IMG/VR virus record: IMGVR_UViG_3300035698_009252
Location: 32,001-96,000 of that record
Source of the DNA: a virus
Strand: one strand, 5' to 3'
DNA length: 64,000 nt
Both the position numbers and the translations under genes were made by a program. Under the pieces are notes generated by a model that was not told where the DNA came from, searched no databases, and saw nothing but the letters and a program-made list of their open reading frames with translations. Every line of letters begins with the position of its first letter. Position 1 is the first letter of the stretch. Positions 51,424 to 59,159 of this stretch are shown here, piece by piece.

Positions 51424-51668
51424 CAGTTCTGCTCCCTCCACGCCTTGTCCAGGTAATCGGCAATCTCGTCGATGTCCTCCGCCATCCCCCGAAGCCTACG
51501 AAGAACTTGTCTCAATTCGAGTTGCTTGGCCGCGTTCTGAAGCGTTTTTAGGGAGAATAGAATGCGCTGACTGGCGCTATGGATATCATTGACGTCGGGA
51601 TTAGACTGACCAGCCGTCAAGTCCTTAGCCACGGCTACCAACTCTCTTGCCACTGATTTACTGTTCAC
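51423..51668 (-). CDS. leader-family protein
   Basis: (M)NSKSVARELVAVAKDLTA. Confidence 0.8.
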   Translation of the reverse strand: MNSKSVARELVAVAKDLTAGQSNPDVNDIHSASQRILFSLKTLQNAAKQLELRQVLRRLRGMAEDIDEIADYLDKAWREQN

Positions 51669-51937
51669 GAATCTACCTCTTTTATCGCCTTGCGGACATC
51701 ACTGTCGGCCTTCGTCACGGCCCGAGTCAGCTTGCCCATTGCGGTGTTGATTTTCCGGGTGTACTCGGGAGGTTCCTTGAAGGTGTAAGAGTCCTCGGAG
51801 AACCAAAGAGCACCGACATCCTCCGCAAGTTGTTGAAGTGTCTCAACAGCCTGTCTCCGCTCATCCCACGGGTTACGGGCAGCCGTCAACTCCCTCGCCA
51901 CAGATACCAACTCTTTTGCCACGAATTCGTCGTTCAT
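51665..51937 (-). CDS. leader-family protein
   Basis: MNDEFVAKELVSVARELTA. Confidence 0.8.
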   Translation of the reverse strand: MNDEFVAKELVSVARELTAARNPWDERRQAVETLQQLAEDVGALWFSEDSYTFKEPPEYTRKINTAMGKLTRAVTKADSDVRKAIKEVDS

Positions 51938-52326
51938 CGAAATCTCCTCGCCACTTTGAGAAGTGTATCTTTTATCCACTTTGCCGCATAAGCAGCAATT
52001 TCATTCCTTCGGTGTGGCTCCACATATCGGAAGGTTTCCCTTGCCTGTTCTCTACCACCCGGCACCTTTTTCGTCGAGAAAATGACCTGCCACTCCCCTG
52101 AATCAGACACTCTGTCACCGAAATCAGTCTGGGCAACATCATCGTCGAACCAGATATGGGCATAGAGAGGAATGTCCAGCCCCGACACATTGAACTCAAT
52201 GGAGACGTGCTTGCCGGGCCGGATTTTCAAAAGGGCCGGAGCCATGCTCCCGGCCTTTCGAGGACGAGATACAGACAAGTCCTTGGCCACTGCTATCAGC
52301 TCGCGTGCAATCTTCTGTTCGTTCAT
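51934..52326 (-). CDS. leader-family protein
   Basis: MNEQKIARELIAVAKDLS. Confidence 0.8.
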   Translation of the reverse strand: MNEQKIARELIAVAKDLSVSRPRKAGSMAPALLKIRPGKHVSIEFNVSGLDIPLYAHIWFDDDVAQTDFGDRVSDSGEWQVIFSTKKVPGGREQARETFRYVEPHRRNEIAAYAAKWIKDTLLKVARRFR

Positions 52327-52333
52327 AATTCCT

Positions 52334-52747
52334 CTATCTTATCGCGCTCTCCAACATGTCGATTATATCCTGGTCGTAATCGTTCCGGCTTGACTCAACA
52401 TCCTTCGGATTCCTCGACATCTTGCGCACGGAATCCCGAAATTCACTGTAATCCGTATCCTCTCCGATTGAGTTTGCGATGTGCCTTCCATCCCTCCAAT
52501 CTCCATACAGAACGATGTCTATATCCTCATACCCCTTGGAGCGGAGCGCATCTACCCACGCTTTAATAAGGTCATCCCGGTTGTCATGGGACAGCATATC
52601 GCGACTGCCCCAAAACCCCATACCACCAGACATTTTCTTGCCTAGTTTGAAAATTTCCCGGTATGACAGTTTTCTCGCAACCCGGCTTCCAGCCATCAAC
52701 TCCCGTGCCAGGGCTGCCAGTTCTTTCGCCAAATCATCCGACTTCAT
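52334..52747 (-). CDS. leader-family protein
   Basis: MKSDDLAKELAALARELMA. Confidence 0.8.
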   Translation of the reverse strand: MKSDDLAKELAALARELMAGSRVARKLSYREIFKLGKKMSGGMGFWGSRDMLSHDNRDDLIKAWVDALRSKGYEDIDIVLYGDWRDGRHIANSIGEDTDYSEFRDSVRKMSRNPKDVESSRNDYDQDIIDMLESAIR

Positions 52748-52748
52748 T

Positions 52749-53189
52749 TTACCAATCTCCCGGTTTCTCAAGGTCGTACTTGTCGGCAAGCCACTCGGTG
52801 AACTCTTTGGGGCTCTCGCCACTATCATACCCCGTACGGAACTGGCTTTCAGAGAAAATGTCATTCCTGGCCAGCATGTAATCCTTCTGCATGATGGCAA
52901 TCACTTTGTCTTGCCACTCCCGGTACGACATGCCCTGCTTCTTGGCCACATCCAGCATCGGAGAATAGACATAAGCTGCCACGCCGAGTTCGGCAATTAC
53001 CCGCTCCGTCCTCAAGAGCTTACTCTTAAAGGCACGAGCTTCGTCCTGCAAACCCGCCTTGTTCAAATCACCAACGAGTTTGGAACAGGCTTGAACGAGA
53101 TTCCGGCTGGCTTGCTCCACCTCACGGCCACGGTCGTTTTTACCCGCCACACGGCTTGCGATTCTCGAAAAACGGTCTTCTTTGTTCAT
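52749..53189 (-). CDS. leader-family protein (variant leader)
   Basis: MNKEDRFSRIASRVA. Confidence 0.7.
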   Translation of the reverse strand: MNKEDRFSRIASRVAGKNDRGREVEQASRNLVQACSKLVGDLNKAGLQDEARAFKSKLLRTERVIAELGVAAYVYSPMLDVAKKQGMSYREWQDKVIAIMQKDYMLARNDIFSESQFRTGYDSGESPKEFTEWLADKYDLEKPGDW

Positions 53190-53199
53190 CGGGTTCACC

Positions 53200-53829
53200 T
53201 CAATCCACTGCACAATATTGATGATACGGTATTCCAGCCTTGGACATCGAATTCAGAACTTCCCCGAATGTTGCTCGCTTTATCCAGCTCTCGTTGTCCG
53301 TTGCCCAACGATAGAACATCTTGATTGACGTCTTTTTCGCGCCACGAACTGTCGGGATGCAGGTCGGCTCGTTGAACTTGTCATCCTTGTCACGGACCGA
53401 GAACGTATCAAAATTGGCTTCGATGGAGACGTGCTTGCCATCTATCTTGATGGGGGCAAACCCACCAGGCGGAACATCTACACCCCGGAGAACGCGCTCG
53501 TCTGTATTGGCGCTGTTGTAACTTGACGCCTCGTTGATAGCCTCGACGCCCTTCTCCATGATTTTGACGGCCTGCGCGTAATTCCGGGCGCGAGCCAAGT
53601 CATCCATCATGTCCTCGACTTCGGCCTTAGCGTCGTCGGCATAATCCAGGTCGTAAGCGGAGAACTGGTTGCACCTCTTACCACGCTTGCCCGCATTGGT
53701 CAAGTCAGTCACCTGGACTGACGAGCGGTACCGATGGATACGGATGGAGCCCTGCTCGACAGTCTTGCCGACACTTAGGCCACCAAGAAGGCTCTTTGCG
53801 ATTTTCAGGAGTACCCGAGCTTCGTCCAT
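53200..53829 (-). CDS. leader-family protein (variant leader)
   Basis: MDEARVLLKIAKSLL. Confidence 0.7.
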   Translation of the reverse strand: MDEARVLLKIAKSLLGGLSVGKTVEQGSIRIHRYRSSVQVTDLTNAGKRGKRCNQFSAYDLDYADDAKAEVEDMMDDLARARNYAQAVKIMEKGVEAINEASSYNSANTDERVLRGVDVPPGGFAPIKIDGKHVSIEANFDTFSVRDKDDKFNEPTCIPTVRGAKKTSIKMFYRWATDNESWIKRATFGEVLNSMSKAGIPYHQYCAVD

Positions 53830-54200
53830 TAGATGTAGCCCCTCTGTCCAGGCTCTTCGTTCTTGATATAGTCGGCTTTGCCCTTAATGGCCTCAACCAA
53901 CTTCATCACCTTTTCCTCGTCACCCTCGATGCCGATGTAGCTGGCGTAATCCGGCTCGGGGCTACGTTTGCCGTTGTAGTACTCACCGGAGATGGGGTCA
54001 TTCGCGGTAACGACTAGGATGCCTGGACCCTTCCAGACCCATCCCTTGCTCGTCTTCCGGGGCCTTGTACTCACGCCGACACTCTTGAGAGCCTGAATCC
54101 ACTTGGATGCCCGGATTTCGGTCAAGTCAAACCCGTGCTCATACGCTGTAAGCTTCCGGGCCACCCGTATCAGTTCTCTCGCGATTTTCTGCGTTGTCAT
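53829..54200 (-). CDS. leader-family protein
   Basis: MTTQKIARELIRVARKLTA. Confidence 0.8.
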   Translation of the reverse strand: MTTQKIARELIRVARKLTAYEHGFDLTEIRASKWIQALKSVGVSTRPRKTSKGWVWKGPGILVVTANDPISGEYYNGKRSPEPDYASYIGIEGDEEKVMKLVEAIKGKADYIKNEEPGQRGYI

Positions 54201-54204
54201 ACTC

Positions 54205-55179
54205 TTAGCCCCTTGTCATCTTGATACGTTCGTACCCCTTGCGTTCCTTCGTCCGCAGGTGTTTTTCACAAGCGGCAATCGCCTTGGTCAAACTGCTTAC
54301 GGGACCACCGAAATACTTCGCGGTCAAATCGTAGGCCCGCTCGATGATACCGATACGGCCCGAGCAATTCCAGCCAACGTAGACCTCTTCTCCCATGTCG
54401 TTTTCGACCGAGTACACGACATAATAATGGTATTTGTTGGCATTGGCCCTCGGGTCAACAATGACCAGGTAGGACGACCACCTTCGGTCCAAGTCTCGTG
54501 GTCTTGCAGACACACCGCCGTACTCAGCAAGCGTGGCCACAACCTTTATACGCATCTTCTTGGAGAGCGCCGGTGCATAACTCGTCAGGGACTGCTTGAC
54601 TTCCTTATTGCGCATTCTTATGTCCACGTCGCGCCGGATGGGCTCCCAGTCAGCCTTTTTGACCTTCTTCTTGCACTTGACACAATAGCCAGTCTGCTCC
54701 AGGACCTTCGTGCCACAGTCCGGGCACTTGAAAGTTTCAGCCGCCTTTTTGACCTTTTTCTTGCACTTGACACAGAAACCAGTCTGCTCCAGGACCTTCG
54801 TTCCGCAGTCCGGGCACTTGAAAGTTTCAGCAGCCTTCTTGTCCTTCTTTTCCTTGTCCTTCAGGAAATCGGGCTTGGGCTCATTCTCCTTGCCATCATT
54901 GTCCTTATCCTTGTCCTTCCACTGCTTCTTGAAGGCTTCGGGGACCTCACCTTTCCCAGACACCAATGCCTCGGCGATGGCAACCAGACGTTCGGAGACG
55001 GAGGACTTCTTGTCCTTCTTTTCCTTGTCTTTCAGGAAGTCAGGCTTCGGCTCATTCTCTTTGCCGTCGTTGTCCTTATCCTTGTCTTTCCACTGCTTCT
55101 TGAAAGCCTCGGGGACTTCACCCTTACCTGCCAGCAACCTTGCCACCGCTATCAGCTCTTTCGCTATACGTCTATTCAT
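54205..55179 (-). CDS. leader-family protein with duplicated charged module, two zinc ribbons and a WGR-like domain
   Basis: MNRRIAKELIAVARLLA; 2x CPDCG..CVKC; NANKYHY..SGRIG..KERKGY. Confidence 0.8.
   Translation of the reverse strand: MNRRIAKELIAVARLLAGKGEVPEAFKKQWKDKDKDNDGKENEPKPDFLKDKEKKDKKSSVSERLVAIAEALVSGKGEVPEAFKKQWKDKDKDNDGKENEPKPDFLKDKEKKDKKAAETFKCPDCGTKVLEQTGFCVKCKKKVKKAAETFKCPDCGTKVLEQTGYCVKCKKKVKKADWEPIRRDVDIRMRNKEVKQSLTSYAPALSKKMRIKVVATLAEYGGVSARPRDLDRRWSSYLVIVDPRANANKYHYYVVYSVENDMGEEVYVGWNCSGRIGIIERAYDLTAKYFGGPVSSLTKAIAACEKHLRTKERKGYERIKMTRG
54653..54832. repeat. 90-bp tandem duplication (zinc-ribbon module x2)
   Basis: Near-identical units 54653-54742 and 54743-54832. Confidence 0.9.
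54835..55130. repeat. 171-bp-period duplication (leader + Lys/Asp-rich module x2)
   Basis: GKGEVPEAFKKQWKDKDKDNDGKENEPKPDFLKDKEKKDKK occurs twice. Confidence 0.9.
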
Positions 55180-55472
55180 GTCAATTCTCCTATGGCACGC
55201 TCTAGCGCCTTTTGCGTTTTCTCCAAATTATCTACTTCGCGAGTCAGTTTTGACAACTTTTGCAGGGCCTTCCGGTCAAGTGTCGCATCCACGGCGTTGT
55301 TTATACGGGACCGGAGTGAGTGAACCATCAACTTCAATGGCTCGGTATCCTCTTGAGCCCATTGCATATAGCGAGCGACATCCATCACCTTGACCCCTGT
55401 CAATTCCTTCTTACCGGAGATAAGTTCCTTGGCTATGGCCACCAGTCTGCGTGCTACACGTTCTCTATTCAC
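55176..55472 (-). CDS. leader-family protein
   Basis: (M)NRERVARRLVAIAKELIS. Confidence 0.8.
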   Translation of the reverse strand: MNRERVARRLVAIAKELISGKKELTGVKVMDVARYMQWAQEDTEPLKLMVHSLRSRINNAVDATLDRKALQKLSKLTREVDNLEKTQKALERAIGELT

Positions 55473-55484
55473 GTCAATTCTCCG

Positions 55485-55889
55485 TTACAGCATTCTCTTT
55501 ATTGCTCTCTCAAGTCTACCCACGTCCATTACCCTTTTCAGCTTGACGGAAACCAGGAACGGGTATCCTTGTTCCCTCGGGCGGAGCGCCCGAATCCTCC
55601 CGCTATTCGCAAATATGGACAATCCCGCCTTCCCCAAGACATCTCCCAGTCTGGCAAAAACACGTTCGGCCTCCTTCTCTACCTCTCCCTGCATGTCTAA
55701 CGTGTCGATGGCATCCAGGTCCTCTCCCCGCAAGTAATCCCCCTCGGGGGTGACAATCGTTCTCAGGGCAATAGAATCCTCCGATACCGACACCAGCTCA
55801 AAACTGGGCCACTCTGGCTCGGATGCCGCGACATTCCGCCCAACCAGTTCACGCGCTACAGCAGCCAGTTCCTGTGCTATTTTATCCAT
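55485..55889 (-). CDS. leader-family protein
   Basis: MDKIAQELAAVARELV. Confidence 0.8.
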   Translation of the reverse strand: MDKIAQELAAVARELVGRNVAASEPEWPSFELVSVSEDSIALRTIVTPEGDYLRGEDLDAIDTLDMQGEVEKEAERVFARLGDVLGKAGLSIFANSGRIRALRPREQGYPFLVSVKLKRVMDVGRLERAIKRML

Positions 55890-56573
55890 TTACCGGCCTT
55901 TACTGATTTCAAATCGGTCATTTGCTTTGAACCAAATACGTCCAAGCTGTGAGCCATTCGTCCCGCCAGTCACATGTTCCCAATTCAAATCGACCAGGCC
56001 CCCTATGATACCGTCCTTCAAGATTCTCTCGGTGAAGACCACACTCAGGGTCAGCTTTTTGATGGTCATGCCCATAATACCGACGTCATCCTCCAGCCCG
56101 GTCTCCTCGAAGTAGAGATAGCCACGCTGACGCTTGGGTGCCCCCAATGAGGGCTTGTGTCCGAAAGCACTACGGATGGCCGCTTCCACTTTTCCCTTTG
56201 AAGCCATAAGCGTTTTTACGCGATCTTCCACGGCGGCGTCCTCTATCGCAGACCCACCCACCAAATTCTTGGCCAATCCCACCAATTCCTGAGCCATCTT
56301 GTTATCTTTCATGTTCAATCTCCGAGGGCTTGAAGCCCTTCTCATCGCTTTTTCAACCACCTTTGTCATAATCTTCTCCTGCTCTCGAAGGGGAAGCGAT
56401 TCAAAATCTGTGGGTACATCCGTACGCCTTGTCTTATTGTACAGCTCGCCATACCCAAGGGCCTTGAAAGCCTTATCGATATCCATATGTTTCTCATGGA
56501 ATCGGCTCATAACGTCAACAGCGATATCCTCGGCGCTATCCTCATAGTCTTGCTTCGAGCCACGGGCGTTCAT
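55890..56573 (-). CDS. protein with an internal leader copy
   Basis: Internal MKDNKMAQELVGLAKNLV. Confidence 0.7.
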   Translation of the reverse strand: MNARGSKQDYEDSAEDIAVDVMSRFHEKHMDIDKAFKALGYGELYNKTRRTDVPTDFESLPLREQEKIMTKVVEKAMRRASSPRRLNMKDNKMAQELVGLAKNLVGGSAIEDAAVEDRVKTLMASKGKVEAAIRSAFGHKPSLGAPKRQRGYLYFEETGLEDDVGIMGMTIKKLTLSVVFTERILKDGIIGGLVDLNWEHVTGGTNGSQLGRIWFKANDRFEISKGR

Positions 56574-57613
56574 TTCAACTCCACCATTACGGTAATCCAA
56601 CTCTTCTCCCCATCCCCATAGTTTATGCGGACAATGGCCTGCCGGTATGGAGCAAGTAGCGGCTCAAGTATCTTTTTGAAGTTGTCAGTCTCCCTTTCGA
56701 CCATATCCCGGTACGTGCTATACCCAACATCGCTTTCTCCCTCTTTCGGCAAATCGGACCGATAGGAACCTTTAATACGGGTATTGCCACTGGAAATCTT
56801 CGCGTCATCCTTCATCCAGGGACTCTTCCTGGAAATGGCCGTATCGATGGCGTTGCTAACGCCCTTCGCTATTTTCTCCCTATTCGCAATGGCATCCGTC
56901 TCGCCCTTCAATCCACTCCACCCCTTCAGGGCCTCCAACATCTTCTGAGCCGCTTGTTTAGGGGACATTGACGTTGGTGTGCCATAGCTGCCAAACACTA
57001 CCCCAGGCCCCTCTGCCGATGTGGTATTTTCGGTAAGCGTAATTTCACGCTTCATCCCATCCGAATTTCTTCCATCAACGCGCAAGATGACCTGGTACAT
57101 CACCCCGGATGGATAGTCCTTCTTCTGCCACGGAATCACTTCCAGGGCCTTCGGGTCTTCCAGTTTCGAGCGAATAATGCGAACGACGGACTGGGAGAAT
57201 TTCTTAAGGGCCGGAGGAATGGCCTTTTTGGAAAGGGTTTGGACCACCTTCTGGGCCTGGCCGATTTGCCTGGTAAACCGCTTTATCATCACGTCGGCAT
57301 CTTTAACAGCCCGCTGTACGGTCTTGTCTTCGGGGAAGTTCGTCAGGATTTGCTGCACTTCCTTCTGCACCCGGTAAGCCGATTGAATGCCATCCTGGGC
57401 CTTCTTGAGCACGACAAACTGGCCATCCACCTCCGGGTCGAGACCTGCCTGGAAGTGCATGGAAAATGTCCCGATGGTGTCGTCGATATTGTCGGCCAAC
57501 TCATCAAGAGTACCCAAAGTGCGTAGAAGCCCCTTCAGGAGCCCTTTAGAGGCATCTGCTTCAAGCCGCCGGGCAATATTTGACATGCGTACTGGAAAGG
57601 CAATTTTCTTCAT
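56570..57613 (-). CDS. hypothetical protein (variant leader)
   Basis: RMSNIARRLEA near the N-terminus; 347 aa. Confidence 0.75.
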   Translation of the reverse strand: MKKIAFPVRMSNIARRLEADASKGLLKGLLRTLGTLDELADNIDDTIGTFSMHFQAGLDPEVDGQFVVLKKAQDGIQSAYRVQKEVQQILTNFPEDKTVQRAVKDADVMIKRFTRQIGQAQKVVQTLSKKAIPPALKKFSQSVVRIIRSKLEDPKALEVIPWQKKDYPSGVMYQVILRVDGRNSDGMKREITLTENTTSAEGPGVVFGSYGTPTSMSPKQAAQKMLEALKGWSGLKGETDAIANREKIAKGVSNAIDTAISRKSPWMKDDAKISSGNTRIKGSYRSDLPKEGESDVGYSTYRDMVERETDNFKKILEPLLAPYRQAIVRINYGDGEKSWITVMVELK

Positions 57614-57616
57614 TTT

Positions 57617-57862
57617 TTACTCGTTTGTCAGAGCCGGGAACACGTCGTAATCGTTCTGCAAAGACTTTACCGCTTCCCCAACCTTATCCGCCGGGATTTC
57701 CCCGGTGACCCTCTGGCCCCTCACTTTCAAGCGGGCTGACGGGAAGTCCGCAGAAAATGCTTCGGCCTCATCCTGCCCAACGAAGTACAGCTCGACTTCA
57801 ACATTCTGGGATGCAGTCGTCATCCGTTCTGCAATCCTCTGTAACCTGGTATTGTCGCTCAT
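57617..57862 (-). CDS. leader-family protein (variant leader)
   Basis: MSDNTRLQRIAERMT. Confidence 0.7.
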   Translation of the reverse strand: MSDNTRLQRIAERMTTASQNVEVELYFVGQDEAEAFSADFPSARLKVRGQRVTGEIPADKVGEAVKSLQNDYDVFPALTNE

Positions 57863-58485
57863 CTCGCGTTCCTTCCTTGAGTGGTAATACGAATGCCTTG
57901 GGCCATGATTTTGACCAAGCCCTTCTCTGCCAGGCTCTCGATAATGGGGTTGTCTTTGCCGTACTCGCCGAGCCGGTGCCGCAGGAACTCTTGCGCCCGG
58001 TAACTGCTCTTGATGCCTCCAACAATACCCAGAGCCGCCTTCTCGTCCGGGGTGAGGATAACATCGTCATCCGGCTCCGGCATTAACTTGTCGACATCTC
58101 CCGGTCGCACGTAGATACGAAGGAAATTGCCCCGGCCACCAGCTTCCCCGGCAATAACCACGGAACCATTCGGCACATTAAAGGATTCCTCCCGGTCGAG
58201 AGCCCGGTCCTCAAAGGGATTTGAGCCACCCCACGAGCCTTGCTGAGCGTCACTGATGCGACCAGTACTCAAGTCAACCGTCACGGACAGGGCTCTATTC
58301 CCCTCAAATGCCGTCGAAACGGAATACTTTGAGTCGTAGATGACCTCGATGTCCCGTCTGCCGTACCTGAGCCGTTTTAAGGCCCTTTGAACGGCATCAG
58401 GGAGGTCCCTAACGGCTACATGTATTCCACCCATGGCCTTAAGAGAGATTTTCCCTGCAATATGGACAATTCTACGTTCGTCCAC
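57859..58485 (-). CDS. hypothetical protein (variant leader), winged-helix-like C-terminus
   Basis: (M)DERRIVHIAGKIS; LAEKGLVK..IRITTQGRN. Confidence 0.7.
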   Translation of the reverse strand: MDERRIVHIAGKISLKAMGGIHVAVRDLPDAVQRALKRLRYGRRDIEVIYDSKYSVSTAFEGNRALSVTVDLSTGRISDAQQGSWGGSNPFEDRALDREESFNVPNGSVVIAGEAGGRGNFLRIYVRPGDVDKLMPEPDDDVILTPDEKAALGIVGGIKSSYRAQEFLRHRLGEYGKDNPIIESLAEKGLVKIMAQGIRITTQGRNAR

Positions 58486-58496
58486 GGCAGCCCCCT

Positions 58497-58748
58497 TTAC
58501 GCCTCGGCCAATACCTGCTCCAGGGCACCCACCAGGTCTTCAACCGTGGAGTTCGGGCGAATCACGCCAATGCCGAACTGGTTCAGCTTCCGGCGCTTCT
58601 TCTGGCTCAGTTTGTTGAGTTTCGTCCGAAGGTTACGGATACGCCCCGCAAATGCCTCGTCCACTTCCTCGCCGTCATCGGCTGCTGTCAACTCGCGAGC
58701 CAGTGAAAGGAGCCTCTTCGCCGCCTGAATTCTCTTCGTGTTGGTCAT
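58497..58748 (-). CDS. leader-family protein
   Basis: RIQAAKRLLSLARELTA. Confidence 0.75.
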   Translation of the reverse strand: MTNTKRIQAAKRLLSLARELTAADDGEEVDEAFAGRIRNLRTKLNKLSQKKRRKLNQFGIGVIRPNSTVEDLVGALEQVLAEA

Positions 58749-58791
58749 GCTATCCTCCGGCTGTTTTCAGCCATTTCTTGTTCGTGACGGC

Positions 58792-59031
58792 TTACGCCTT
58801 GCCTTGCTGTTCCTCGACAATGGCACCAGGCCGGTCGTCCGGGGGCATAATCACCCCGGCATTATTCCGAATCGTCGAACCGGCATTCGCAGTCTTCTGC
58901 GTTGCGGTTTGAAGCCCCTTCGCAACAACACGAGTTTTGGCGTTGTCAAAGACGGGAGCACCGCCCTCAAACTGCGCCTCTTCGCGCTTGCTTTGAGCTA
59001 CATCTGTTGGGTTCGCCCTGTACGTTGGCAT
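58792..59031 (-). CDS. hypothetical protein
   Basis: GAGGAGG RBS; first gene after promoter motif copy 5. Confidence 0.65.
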   Translation of the reverse strand: MPTYRANPTDVAQSKREEAQFEGGAPVFDNAKTRVVAKGLQTATQKTANAGSTIRNNAGVIMPPDDRPGAIVEEQQGKA

Positions 59032-59063
59032 ACCTTCCTCCTCTGTGTAAACGATGTGAGTTC

Positions 59064-59089
59064 CTACCTATACTCCCAATATCAAAGAA
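59064..59089 (-). promoter_or_regulatory. conserved phage promoter-like motif, copy 5 (head of the leader array)
   Basis: TTCTTTGATAT-N7-ATAGGTAG just after the TROVE terminator. Confidence 0.7.
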
Positions 59090-59109
59090 TTATCATAACA
59101 GAAATGCAC

Positions 59110-59144
59110 AAAAAAAGGCCGCAGGGCTTTACACCCTACGGCCT
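59110..59144 (-). terminator. intrinsic terminator after the TROVE gene
   Basis: AGGCCGTAGGG-loop-CCCTGCGGCC then T7. Confidence 0.85.
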
Positions 59145-59159
59145 CTCCTTCGCGTTGTT

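Noticed and set aside
47138-52747. Leader repeats as integron attC sites or DNA-level recombination repeats
   Set aside because: The repeats are in-frame coding, vary at synonymous positions and lack attC-like palindromes; no integrase is seen.
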